Shown: piece by piece, positions 51,601 through 64,000 of the stretch | How the letters are laid out: every line of letters begins with the position of its first letter | How positions within the stretch are numbered: the stretch's first letter is position 1 | Source: an uncultured Fibrobacterota bacterium | Lineage (GTDB): Bacteria; Fibrobacterota; Chitinivibrionia; Chitinivibrionales; FEN-1185 | Assembly: GCA_963753345.1 (NCBI GenBank) | Contig: CAVWBU010000026.1 | Coordinates: 32,001-96,000 of the forward strand | Length of the DNA: 64,000 bases | Direction of reading: 5' to 3' | The notes under the pieces: generated by a model | Seen by the model: only the letters and a program-made list of their open reading frames with translations | What the model was told of the DNA's origin: nothing | Database searches by the model: none | Made by a program: the position numbers and the translations under genes

Positions 51601-52126
51601 CGTCGGGTTCGAATTGTACTGCCGGCTGCTCGAGGAGGCGGTCAAGGAACTGCGCGGCGAAAAACCCGAGCCCGCGCAGGACAGGGAGATCATGCTCGAC
51701 ATCCCTCTCGAAGCGTACATTCCCAACGAATATGTGGAAGACGGGGCTGCGCGGATCTCGGTGTACCAGGAACTGTCGGGCGCTGCCTCCACGGCCGACG
51801 TTGATGAGGCGGAGCGCAGCCTTGCGGACCGGTTCGGCCCCATGCCCCAAAGCGTGCTGTCGCTCCTGGCGCTCTTGAGGATCAGGGTCCTGGCGCGGAG
51901 CCTCGGCTGTGTCAAGGTGAGCGTGTCGCCCGACGGGCGCCTCGCGCTGTCGTTCGCGGGCGACGACGCGCAGGTGCGCGAGGCGATAGGCCGCATCGTT
52001 TCGAAATCGCAGCGCAAATTCGACATTGTCAACGGCACGCCCGCAATGCTCCGGACGCAGCTTGAAGCGAAATCGATGGACGACATGGCGCGCCAGACGG
52101 AAGATCTGCTCGCCGTGCCGGCGTGA
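48698..52126 (+). CDS. mfd: Transcription-repair coupling factor
   Basis: RGGIVDI, VVHVDHGIG, CGDVGFGKTE, DEEQRFG, RDLEIRGAG, TRCF domain. Confidence 0.98.
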   Translation: MPIEPLSKLWSRGTFPGLSEWLSRRPQSSLFTGCAGSSDAFLIAGLFSASGRTVLVLVESGKQAEVLSAECASLLGEDSVSLFPSRDAVPYNMKSPFGPVVESRYTVLSALLDGKKAVYIAPHAALLQKVPPPRELFNRIIRLNAGRDISIPTLSSWLADNGFRRETMVADVGTFCIRGGIVDIYPFMTDGPVRVEFFGDVIESIREFDVFSQKTSRSRESVEIFPMKEHCLGPEPVERGLAAMQEYVAGRRDLEGGLSKLSHQWKTLLDHDGIEWFLHWFGLAEASLLDYLPSDAIAVWDDLLPPERRLDECVQNYDRHLERVPAAFSAFVSPPEKLLVPVKEAVDSLSLFTRVFVGTADVAGVDWTTACSMSEQPAFPQAVEPLAADLAAHNAAGDETIMVCGSEGHAGRLLELIGESCPFVKVCVGYLHHGFVDKTNKRLYYSDLQIFNRPPTRQIVHKKVRHGQPLPSYDALSPGDYVVHVDHGIGRFLGIEHITAGGAGRDCMLIAYQSGARLSVPVEDFHKVQKYIGKESVIPALSRLGSESWERLKARTRESLRAMAGELIELYAKRRHYEGISFSKDTLWQKEFEDSFVYELTPDQARAIAEVKKDMESARPMDRLVCGDVGFGKTEVAMRAAFKAVMDGYQVAFLAPTTILTAQHYATFLERMADFPVRIAMLSRFLSAKEQKEVVARVKDGTVDILVGTHRILSQDIAFKNLGLLVIDEEQRFGVRSKERLKQFRYKVDVLSMTATPIPRTLHLSLIGARDLSIINTPPRNRLPIETHVLEHHEEIFKTAIENELDRGGQTYVVHNRIQTLGSIRDTVEVLVPRARVACAHGQMHESELARIMKEFVAGRFDVLVSTVIIENGLDIPNVNTIIVNRADTLGLSQLYQLRGRVGRSSEQAFAYFLTPSFREASEPSLRRLRALEQYTDLGSGFQIAMRDLEIRGAGNILGVHQHGFIAAVGFELYCRLLEEAVKELRGEKPEPAQDREIMLDIPLEAYIPNEYVEDGAARISVYQELSGAASTADVDEAERSLADRFGPMPQSVLSLLALLRIRVLARSLGCVKVSVSPDGRLALSFAGDDAQVREAIGRIVSKSQRKFDIVNGTPAMLRTQLEAKSMDDMARQTEDLLAVPA

Positions 52127-52169
52127 GCGCGTGGCATTCGACGGCACCATCATATATTTTTTTTCGGAT

Positions 52170-53078
52170 ATGAACATACCAAAGTGTGCCGCCGTCGGAC
52201 TTCTGGCCGCCTGCGCCCTTGCCGGGTGTGCAAACCGTCCCAAGGGGCCGGTGGTGGCGCGCGTAGGCGAGTCGGTGCTCACGCTTGACGAACTCTACAA
52301 GAGCATTCCCCCCGAATACAGCGAGTACATCACGCGGGAACAGGTCGTCGGCTACGTGAAGCAATGGATCGACAACAAAGTTCTGTACGACGAGGCCCTG
52401 CGGCTCAAGATAGACAAAGAGGAACCAATCCGCGAGCGGCTCAGGCGCATGAAGCAGGACCTTTTGTGCGCCGAAATGGTCAGCCGCAGCGCGGCCTCCC
52501 CGCAGGCGGCGAAGGTCGGCGACGAGGCGATCGCGGCCTATTACAACGACAACAAGGGGAAGTTTGTCCGCGAAACGAACGTCGCAAAGTTCCTCCAGAT
52601 CGTGTGCGGCGACGCGAACACCGCCGCAAAGGTCCGTTCGCTCGCGACGGCCGACAATTTTCAAAGCCTCGCCGCCCAGTACTCGAAGGTTCCCTTGCCC
52701 GATGCGAAGTCCTTACCGTATGTCAAGTTCAGCGACATCCCGGCGGAGCTTGCCCAGGAGATCGTTGCCGCGAAAATCAACGGCACCACCGGCGTCGTAC
52801 GGACCGACGCGGGCTTCTGCGTCGCGCGCGTGCTCGACAAGCAGCCCAAGGGCACACCGTGCGAGCTTCCGGAGGTGAGGGACGACATCGCCGCCATCCT
52901 TGCCGCGCGCGCGCAGAACGCGGCGGTCGAGCGCCTTATTTCGTCCCTGCGGACAAGAATGAGGGTTGAGACGAACCTCGACCTGATCACCGAGCAGCAC
53001 GCATCGCCGCAGGAAGGCGGCGTGCAGAAAACCCCGCCAGTGCCGCCGGATTCTTCAACAAAAGAAAGCCAGGAATAA
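52170..53078 (+). CDS. PpiC-type peptidyl-prolyl isomerase-like lipoprotein
   Basis: Lipobox LAGC, VARVG, degenerate parvulin domain. Confidence 0.8.
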   Translation: MNIPKCAAVGLLAACALAGCANRPKGPVVARVGESVLTLDELYKSIPPEYSEYITREQVVGYVKQWIDNKVLYDEALRLKIDKEEPIRERLRRMKQDLLCAEMVSRSAASPQAAKVGDEAIAAYYNDNKGKFVRETNVAKFLQIVCGDANTAAKVRSLATADNFQSLAAQYSKVPLPDAKSLPYVKFSDIPAELAQEIVAAKINGTTGVVRTDAGFCVARVLDKQPKGTPCELPEVRDDIAAILAARAQNAAVERLISSLRTRMRVETNLDLITEQHASPQEGGVQKTPPVPPDSSTKESQE

Positions 53079-53082
53079 CAGC

Positions 53083-54372
53083 GTGACCCTGCCAAGGACC
53101 ATGATAAGCCTGCTGTTGGCCGCATTCGCCGCGGCGCCCTTTGCCGCGGAACGATTCGACGGCGTCGTCGCCGTCGTCGGAGATTCCGTGATCCTGCAGT
53201 CGGAACTCGACGCCTACATCATGATGCGCCAGACAAGCCAGGGCGCCAAGCCCGACACCGCGCAATTCCGCTCGCTGCGCAAACAGTTTGTGGGCGACCT
53301 GGTGGACGGGAAGGTGCTTGTCGTTCATGCCGCGAAGGATTCCAATATCGTCGTAAAGGAAAGCGAGGTGGACCAGGCCGTGGCCGGACACGTTGCACAG
53401 ATCCTTTCGCAGAACGGCATGACCATGGACGCTCTCGAAAAGGAGCTGCGCGACAAATACGGCATGGGGCTGTCCAAGTTCAAGACGCAACTGAGGTCCC
53501 AGATCCAGGAGCAATTGATAAAGCAGAAGGTGTCGCAGCAGTACGTGGGGCAGGTCTCGGTGAGCAAAAACGACGTGGAAAACTTTTACCGCGAGTTCAA
53601 GGACAGCCTTCCCACCATCGGCGAGAGCGTTCTGCTGTCCAAGATCGTGCTCAAGCTCACCACGCCCGATTCGCTGCGCCAGGCCGCCTTTTCAAAGGCG
53701 AAGAGCATCAAGCGCCGCCTTGACGAAGGCGCGGATTTCGTCGCCGTCGCCAAGCAGTTCTCCGAAGACCCGAACGCCGAAAACGGCGGCGATCTCGGGT
53801 TTGTCGGCAAGGGAACGCTCTCCGAGCTGAAGTTCGAGGAGGCGGTCTTTTCCCTCAACGTGGGACAGACGAGCGACATCATCGAGTCTCGTCTCGGATT
53901 CCACATTGTTAACATTATTGCGAAAAAGGACCAGATGGTGCACGTGCGGCAGATTTTCGTGAGCCTTACGCCGCCCGAGGCCGCGGTGAAGCGGTCCATG
54001 GCGCTCCTCGATTCGGTGCGCGCGTCCGCGAAGACCCAGGCCGATTTCACCGACGCGGTGCGCCGGCTCTCCACCGACCCGCAGACGCGTGCGCATAACG
54101 GCCGCGTGGGTTGGGTGCCGCTGTTCAGCCTTACCGAGGCCGCCCGCGCCGCGATCGACAGCCTGCCCGTGGGCGGCATTGCAGCACCCCTCCGCGAAGG
54201 CAACGAAGTTTCCCTGTACCGGCTTGACGACCGGATGAAGAACCGGCCGCTCACCATGGAGGACGATTACGACCTTCTTTCCGAAAAGGCAAAAGAGATC
54301 GTGGCGCAGAAGAAACTGATCGACCTCGTCAAGAAATGGCGTCGCGAGATTTACGTTGACATAAGGTTGTAG
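53083..54372 (+). CDS. surA: SurA-like chaperone/PPIase
   Basis: DGVVAVVG-ILQSE, two parvulin domains (SEDP...GGDLG, GFHIV). Confidence 0.82.
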   Translation: MTLPRTMISLLLAAFAAAPFAAERFDGVVAVVGDSVILQSELDAYIMMRQTSQGAKPDTAQFRSLRKQFVGDLVDGKVLVVHAAKDSNIVVKESEVDQAVAGHVAQILSQNGMTMDALEKELRDKYGMGLSKFKTQLRSQIQEQLIKQKVSQQYVGQVSVSKNDVENFYREFKDSLPTIGESVLLSKIVLKLTTPDSLRQAAFSKAKSIKRRLDEGADFVAVAKQFSEDPNAENGGDLGFVGKGTLSELKFEEAVFSLNVGQTSDIIESRLGFHIVNIIAKKDQMVHVRQIFVSLTPPEAAVKRSMALLDSVRASAKTQADFTDAVRRLSTDPQTRAHNGRVGWVPLFSLTEAARAAIDSLPVGGIAAPLREGNEVSLYRLDDRMKNRPLTMEDDYDLLSEKAKEIVAQKKLIDLVKKWRREIYVDIRL

Positions 54373-54377
54373 CTCCC

Positions 54378-55178
54378 GTGAACTACGGCGCCCTTGCTCC
54401 TCTCTACGACAGGCTCATGGCGCATGTCGGGTACCACCGCTGGCACACGCTCATCGAGGACGTTATCCGGCGGTACGGGCGGTCAAGCCGGCCGTCCATC
54501 CTCGAAATCGGCGCCGGCACAGGCCTCCTCGGCGAGCGGATGCGCAAGGCCGGCCTGCGGTACGTCGGTTCGGACCTTTCGTATGCCATGTGCCTCCAGG
54601 CGCGGCCGCGGCTCGGCGGCGCCGTCTGCGCGGACGGCAGGCGCCTTCCGTTCAAGGACTCGCGGCCGTTCGACCTTGTTCTGTTTCTGTACGACGGCAT
54701 CAACTACCTCATGGACCGGGACTCCTACGAGCAGTTGTTCGGCGAGGTGCACGCCAGGCTGGCGGACGGCGGGCTGTTCCTGTTCGACATCACCACGGTG
54801 TTCAATTCCGTCAACAATTTCAGGGAGTATGTGGACGCCGACGATTTCGGCGACTGTTTCTATTACCGGCACAGCTACTACCATTCGGTCCAGGGAATGC
54901 AATACAACGATTTCACCATTTTCAGCCGGTGCGACGGACAGGCTGGGTCCGACGGTGCGCAGGGTTTTGTCGCGCCGCTGGACGATGGCCGGTCCGGTTT
55001 GTTCGCAAAGAGCATGGAACACCACGAACAGAAGGTCTTTCCGGTGAGCGTGGTCCGCGGCTTCGTACCCGATTCCCTGTTCGAGGTGCTGGGCGTCTGG
55101 GACGATTTTTCCTTCAGGAAGTACACCCCGCATTCCGAGCGCGTGCACTTTCTCTTGAGGAAGAAGGATGCGCGATGA
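54378..55178 (+). CDS. Class I SAM-dependent methyltransferase
   Basis: LEIGAGTG, DGINYL, GGLFLFD. Confidence 0.9.
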   Translation: MNYGALAPLYDRLMAHVGYHRWHTLIEDVIRRYGRSSRPSILEIGAGTGLLGERMRKAGLRYVGSDLSYAMCLQARPRLGGAVCADGRRLPFKDSRPFDLVLFLYDGINYLMDRDSYEQLFGEVHARLADGGLFLFDITTVFNSVNNFREYVDADDFGDCFYYRHSYYHSVQGMQYNDFTIFSRCDGQAGSDGAQGFVAPLDDGRSGLFAKSMEHHEQKVFPVSVVRGFVPDSLFEVLGVWDDFSFRKYTPHSERVHFLLRKKDAR

Positions 55179-55873
55179 TCCAGTTCTCCCACGTGACCAA
55201 GGTGTACGCCGGGTCGTTCGAGGCCCTTGCGGATGTTTCGGTGTTTATTGATAAAGGCGAATTCGTCTTTCTCACCGGGGCGAGCGGCGCGGGCAAGACC
55301 ACGCTGCTCAAGCACATTTACATGGAAGAATTCCCCACCAAGGGCCAGGTGTTCGTGGGCGGGTACGACTCCACCTACATGAAAAGCCGCGACATCCCGC
55401 ACTTGCGGCGCAAGCTGGGCATCGTGTTCCAGGACTTTCGGCTGCTTACCGACCGCGACGTGTTCGAGAACGTGGCGTTCGCCATGCGTGCCACGGGCCG
55501 GAAGGAGCGCGCGGTGAAACGGAAGGTCTTCGAGGTGCTCGCGCTCACGGGCCTGTCGCACAAGTGCACGTATTTTCCGCTCCAGCTTTCCGGGGGAGAA
55601 CAGCAGCGGGTGTGCATCGCACGGGCGATTGTCAACGACCCCTGGATCCTCCTTGCCGACGAGCCCACGGGCAACCTCGACATTGCCGTTTCCAAGGAGA
55701 TCATGCTGCTGTTCCAGCAGATCAACAGCTGGGGAACAACCGTGATCATGGCGACGCACGACGAATTTCTCAAGCGGCAGTACCATTACCGGGAGCTTGT
55801 GCTCGACCGGGGCGCGCTGGTCCGCGGGGGCGACACAACGGTAAGGCCCAAGATCGGGAGGACGTTCGCATGA
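55175..55873 (+). CDS. ftsE: Cell division ATP-binding protein FtsE
   Basis: [40 protein letters not shown]. Confidence 0.9.
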   Translation: MIQFSHVTKVYAGSFEALADVSVFIDKGEFVFLTGASGAGKTTLLKHIYMEEFPTKGQVFVGGYDSTYMKSRDIPHLRRKLGIVFQDFRLLTDRDVFENVAFAMRATGRKERAVKRKVFEVLALTGLSHKCTYFPLQLSGGEQQRVCIARAIVNDPWILLADEPTGNLDIAVSKEIMLLFQQINSWGTTVIMATHDEFLKRQYHYRELVLDRGALVRGGDTTVRPKIGRTFA

Positions 55874-56817
55874 TCCTCGTCACCGGCGCGGCAGGCTTCA
55901 TCGGCTTTCACGTGTGCAGGCGGCTCCTCGCGGAAGGCAACGACGTGCTCGGCGTCGATAATGTCAACGATTACTACGACCCGTCGCTCAAGGAGGCGCG
56001 CCTCAAACAGCTTGAGGCGTACAAAGGGTTTCATTTTCAAAGAATGGACATCTGTGATTACGAGGGGCTTGTCTCCCTTGTAAAGAAATACCCGGTGTCG
56101 AAGATCTGCCATCTTGCCGCGCAGGCGGGGGTGCGGTATTCCATCACCAATCCGTTCGCCTATCAGAAGGCGAACAATGAGGGATTCCTCAGCATCATCG
56201 AGATCGCACGCCATGCAGAGGTGAAAAACTTTGTGTACGCGTCATCCTCCTCGGTGTACGGCGGAAACACCAAGCTGCCGTTTTCAGAAGCGGACCGGGT
56301 CGACAGCCCCATTTCGCTGTATGCCGCCACCAAGCGCTCCAACGAGCTCACGGCTCACTGCTACAGCCACCTGTACGGCGTGCCGTGTTCGGGCCTGAGG
56401 TTCTTCACGGTGTACGGGCCGTGGGGAAGGCCCGACATGGCCCTGTTCGTCTTTACAAAGGCGATTATCGAGGGACGGCCCATCGACGTGTTCAACGAAG
56501 GAAGAATGAAGAGGAACTTCACCTATGTCGACGATATCGTCGACGGCGTTCTGCTCGCCTTGGCTCATCCCGTTCCGTATGAGGTTTACAATATCGGAAA
56601 CAGCAGAGCCGAGAATCTCATGGATTTCATCGCGGCAATCGAGAAGAAGGTGGGGAAGAAGGCCGTTGTCAGGCTCAAGCCCATGCAGCCGGGCGACGTG
56701 CCGGCAACGGTGGCCGACATTGAGAAATTATCAAGATTGGGGTATTGCCCGAAAACGAATATTAATGAGGGGATCGAGAATTTTGTGGAATGGTATCGGC
56801 AGTATTACCGAGTGTGA
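55870..56817 (+). CDS. NAD-dependent epimerase (UDP-glucuronate 4-epimerase-like)
   Basis: GAAGFIG, LAAQAGVRYS, YAATK, GPWGRPDMA. Confidence 0.93.
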   Translation: MILVTGAAGFIGFHVCRRLLAEGNDVLGVDNVNDYYDPSLKEARLKQLEAYKGFHFQRMDICDYEGLVSLVKKYPVSKICHLAAQAGVRYSITNPFAYQKANNEGFLSIIEIARHAEVKNFVYASSSSVYGGNTKLPFSEADRVDSPISLYAATKRSNELTAHCYSHLYGVPCSGLRFFTVYGPWGRPDMALFVFTKAIIEGRPIDVFNEGRMKRNFTYVDDIVDGVLLALAHPVPYEVYNIGNSRAENLMDFIAAIEKKVGKKAVVRLKPMQPGDVPATVADIEKLSRLGYCPKTNINEGIENFVEWYRQYYRV

Positions 56818-56925
56818 CCGCAGCGGCGGCCGGAAAAGTCCGTGATTTCAGGTGTGCCTTATTGTAAATTATATATTGACAAGAACCTCACCGGCGCTGC
56901 CGAGCCCGAATTTTCGCAGTCTATC

Positions 56926-59391
56926 ATGCAAAGGCCGAACACGATGACGTCTATGGTAAAAATCGCTCCGATGCTTGCCCTGCTTTGTGCCGTGGCCGCA
57001 TTTGGCCAGTTCAGTTCCAGCGACAGCTTGCTTGCAAGGCAGTACATGGAGCAGAGGGGACTGACCGCAACCGACCTGAAAAACCATGCAAGAAGCTATG
57101 AGACGCACGACACGCTTTTTAAGGCGCAGAATCCCGCCGATTCGGCCGACAGCGCTCTGGCAGCCCGCCTCAGGGCAGACACGATCCGCCAGGCGTCGAT
57201 CTACGAGAACATCATCAAAAACAGGACCATCGATCCCGATTCCCTCCTCCGCACGCTCACCATTTTCGGCCAGGATGCGTTTGCCGGCGTAAAGCCTTCC
57301 ACGTTCGCGCCCGCGGACTACGCGGCCACGCCTGCCGATTACGTGGTGGGCAGCGGGGACGAGATCGTCGTGTTTTTGTGGGGCAGGATCAATGAGGGGG
57401 AATACCGTCTCAAGGTCGACAAGGAAGGAAGAATCAACATCCCGCACATCGGCCCGGTTTCGGTGGCGGGCCTGCCGTTCAGCGTATTGCAGGAGAACAT
57501 CCTGAACCGCGTGCAGAGCATCGAAGGCGTGCAGGCAACGGTTTCCATGGGGGAATTGCGCTCCATAGGCGTTTTTATCATGGGCGAGGTGAAATCGCCC
57601 GGCTATTACACGGTGAGCGGGCTTTCCAACGTCACCAACGCGCTGTTCGCCGCCGGCGGGCCCACGCGCCGGGGATCGCTCCGCAACGTTCAGCTCAAGC
57701 GCCACGGCGGGGTGATCGCCACGGTTGATTTTTACGATTTCCTTCTGTCGGGCAGGGACAACGCGAACATACGGCTCAAATCGGGCGACGTCATCCTCGT
57801 GCCGATTGTCAAGAAAATGGTCGCCGTTGCAGGAAACGTCCGGCGCAGCGCTTTGTACGAAATCAAGCCGAATACATCGCTCAAGGAAGCGCTCGGCCTT
57901 GCCGGCGGCGTTTCACCGGCCGCGTGGGGCAGCAGGATTCAGATAGAACGGTTCAAGGACAACGCGATGCAGGTGGTGCTCGACCTCGCATCCGAACCAG
58001 GGCAGGCCATTCCGGAATTCGAGGTCCAGGACGGCGACATCATCAAGGTTTTTCCCATTGTCGAAAAGAACAAGAATGCGGTGTATCTTTCCGGGAATGT
58101 CATGCGGCCCGGGAAATACGAGTACAAGCCGGGCATGCGGCTCGCCGACATTCTTCCGGATTTCAACGCCCTTCTTCCCGAGACGTACCTCGATTATGCC
58201 ATTGTGCTCAGGCAGGAGCCGCCCACCTTTGTAAACCGTCTCGTGCCGTTCAACCTCAGGGCAGGGCTTTCGGATCATTCTTCGCCGGACAATATTCCGC
58301 TTCTGCCCCGCGACGAAGTGATCGTTTACTCCCGGGACTACTTTGAGCCGGACAGGACCGTCTCGATCGACGGTGCGGTAACGAACCCGGGCAAGGATAC
58401 GCTTCTCGAGAACATGAGGGTCCGCGACCTCATCATCAAGGCGGGCGGGTTGACCGAGCAGGCAAGTCCCCAGTACGGAGAAATCTACCGTCGGACCTAT
58501 GATGGTGAAATCGTTTCCACCGAAAAAATCAATTTCTGTGTGAGCTGCGCGCTTGCCAACGATTCTTCAAACAATATGGTGCTCAAGAAATTCGACAGGG
58601 TTTACATCCGCACCAAAAAGGGCTGGCAGGACGAGCGGCGGATTGTTTTAAAGGGCGAATTCGTGTTTCCGGGAGAATATGTCATTCTGGAAAAAGAGAC
58701 CCTTGGGCACATCATCGAAAGGGCGGGAGGATTTACCTCCGAAGCATACCTTCCCGCGTCGATGGTCTGCCGTGTGTCGGTGAAAAACCTTGAGAAGAAA
58801 AGAAACGACGAATACGTGAGCGGGCTTCAAAATGATGCGGTCAAGCTTTCCACCGACCTTGTGTCAAAGGGCGCGACTTCGGCTGATGCGCAGGCGCTTC
58901 TGCAGCAACAAATGCTGCTGCTGTCGAAACTGCGGTCCAAGGAATCAACAGGGCGGATCGTCATCGACCTTACCAATCCTGCGGCGTACGGGAATTTCAA
59001 TCTCGAGGACGGCGACAGTATTTTCGTTCCAAAGCTTGCGGGGACCGTTTCGGTGATCGGCGAGGTATACAATCCGGCGACATTCAGGTTCGACAACGCA
59101 AATACAAGAGCGAAGTACTATGTTGAAATGGCAGGAGGCTTCAAGGAAAACGCGGCGCAGAAAAATGTTTACGTATTCAAGGCAAACGGCAGCATTGTCA
59201 CCAACAGGAATATCAATATCATGGAATACAGCCTAGCGCCAGGGGACGTCGTGGTTGTCCCGCAGAAGATCGAGTACCAGAATAACTTCAAGGTCTTCAT
59301 GGAAACCATCACCGCGATTTTCCAGATCGCAACCATTCTGACCGCTATTGCCACCCTCATCATAGCTATTGATGCCGTAAACAAACCGTAG
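56926..59391 (+). CDS. Polysaccharide export protein with SLBB repeats (KpsD/Wza-like); start uncertain
   Basis: Poly_export DYVVGSGDEI, repeated V-G-V--PG SLBB units. Confidence 0.88.
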   Translation: MQRPNTMTSMVKIAPMLALLCAVAAFGQFSSSDSLLARQYMEQRGLTATDLKNHARSYETHDTLFKAQNPADSADSALAARLRADTIRQASIYENIIKNRTIDPDSLLRTLTIFGQDAFAGVKPSTFAPADYAATPADYVVGSGDEIVVFLWGRINEGEYRLKVDKEGRINIPHIGPVSVAGLPFSVLQENILNRVQSIEGVQATVSMGELRSIGVFIMGEVKSPGYYTVSGLSNVTNALFAAGGPTRRGSLRNVQLKRHGGVIATVDFYDFLLSGRDNANIRLKSGDVILVPIVKKMVAVAGNVRRSALYEIKPNTSLKEALGLAGGVSPAAWGSRIQIERFKDNAMQVVLDLASEPGQAIPEFEVQDGDIIKVFPIVEKNKNAVYLSGNVMRPGKYEYKPGMRLADILPDFNALLPETYLDYAIVLRQEPPTFVNRLVPFNLRAGLSDHSSPDNIPLLPRDEVIVYSRDYFEPDRTVSIDGAVTNPGKDTLLENMRVRDLIIKAGGLTEQASPQYGEIYRRTYDGEIVSTEKINFCVSCALANDSSNNMVLKKFDRVYIRTKKGWQDERRIVLKGEFVFPGEYVILEKETLGHIIERAGGFTSEAYLPASMVCRVSVKNLEKKRNDEYVSGLQNDAVKLSTDLVSKGATSADAQALLQQQMLLLSKLRSKESTGRIVIDLTNPAAYGNFNLEDGDSIFVPKLAGTVSVIGEVYNPATFRFDNANTRAKYYVEMAGGFKENAAQKNVYVFKANGSIVTNRNINIMEYSLAPGDVVVVPQKIEYQNNFKVFMETITAIFQIATILTAIATLIIAIDAVNKP

Positions 59392-59437
59392 CCAAGTAGC
59401 GTTGAGCAAGGCACCGGGACCGGGTTTCAATTAGATA

Positions 59438-59469
59438 GAGCGTTTCTCCGCAGGGAGAAGCGCCCTTTT
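59438..59469 (+). terminator. Hairpin terminator between convergent genes
   Basis: GCGTTTCTCC-GCAG-GGAGAAGCGC followed by CCTTTT. Confidence 0.55.
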
Positions 59470-59494
59470 CGTTTGCAGACGCACATCGCCGTCA

Positions 59495-62058
<2,564 letters not shown>

Positions 62059-62059
<1 letters not shown>

Positions 62060-62862
62060 TACGTCTGTTCTCCTTGGCGTCGTGTGCCGCTCTCTTCGAG
62101 GCCGGCAAGAAGGGGCAGCGCCCATTCCGCGGTCGCGTCGAAGGAAAGCGGCGTCACGGTGATGTATCTGTTGAGAAGCGCCCGTGAGTCGAATGTGTCA
62201 AGCGCTTCAATGTCCTTCTTGTCGCCGTACACGACATAGCCCTCCGGCATCCCCTCTGTCTCCACGCGGCGGTACCGGTCGTCGAAAAACGCCATGCTCT
62301 GCCGCGTCACCTTCACCCCCCGGCATGCAGCGGGCGCGCACTCGGGGAAGTTAACATTGTAGAACGTACAGCGGCCGTTTTGCCCGGGGCCGGTCTTCAG
62401 AATGCGGTTGAGAATGTCAAGCGCCGTCCGTGAATAGGCGTCGGCAAATTCCGCGGCCTGCGCGCACACCGAAAACGCGATGCTCGGCACGCGCCAGAAC
62501 GCACCCTCGCGGGCGGCAGCTACGGTGCCGGAGTAATACCCGGAGATGCCGGAGTTCTCGCCGATGTTCATTCCTGCGACAACGGCGTCGGGCCGGTGCG
62601 GCAGAAGGTGGCTTATGGCGAATTTCACGCAGTCGGACGGCGTGCCTTCTATGCAATAGCCGTTCATGCCGGCGTCCTGCGGCAGTGCGGCATAGCGCAG
62701 GGGTTTGTTGAACGTGAATGCATGGCCGATGCCGCTCTGCTCCCGCGCGGGCGCCGCCACGATGATGTCGTATTCCGCGGCAAGTGCCGAGTGGAGGCTC
62801 TTAAGGCCGGGCGCAGCGCAGCCGTCATCATTTGTCAATAATATCGTGGGTCGTTGTTTCAT
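62059..62862 (-). CDS. surE: 5'/3'-nucleotidase SurE
   Basis: ILLTNDDG, EQSG, GTPSDCV, YSGTVAAA. Confidence 0.96.
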
Positions 62863-62956
62863 GAGTTTATTGTTTGGCGAATTTTCCGAGTCAAGGCGGT
62901 TCTAATCTTTGTATCTTTATGCTTTCAACTCTCAAACTTCAACTTTCAACTTGTTT

Positions 62957-64000
<1,044 letters not shown>

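Overview
GC-rich chromosomal segment of a diderm bacterium. The lpxC-fabZ fusion and several secreted proteins with T9SS-like C-terminal tails suggest the FCB group, possibly Fibrobacterota/Chitinivibrionia (inference). The backbone holds sugar ABC transporter genes, nrdR, dacB, clpC-(TamB/AsmA-like)-bamA-skp-lpxD-lpxC/fabZ-lpxA, panE, a GT2, recG, mfd-PPIase-surA-like-MTase-ftsE-epimerase-SLBB exporter and gyrB-surE-gyrA. Two AT-richer accessory regions follow tRNAs. One is a 2.1 kb integrase-less islet at tRNA-Thr bounded by a perfect 40 bp repeat (interrupted ORF6N gene plus a MuF-like phage head protein). The other is about 9 kb after tRNA-Lys and carries a thaumatin-like protein, a GH64 glucanase, a beta-propeller protein and two PIN toxin-antitoxin pairs. 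The least explained signal is non-coding: a 5-copy structured repeat with compensatory base changes (family A), a 3-copy structured repeat (family B), a composite A + ORF remnant + octamer array + B cassette present twice, and two diverged 112-113 bp IS200/IS605-type MITEs inserted 3' of TGAA. A 529 bp tandem duplication and several single-base frameshifts may be real or assembly artefacts. Family assignments come from motif recognition, not database searches.
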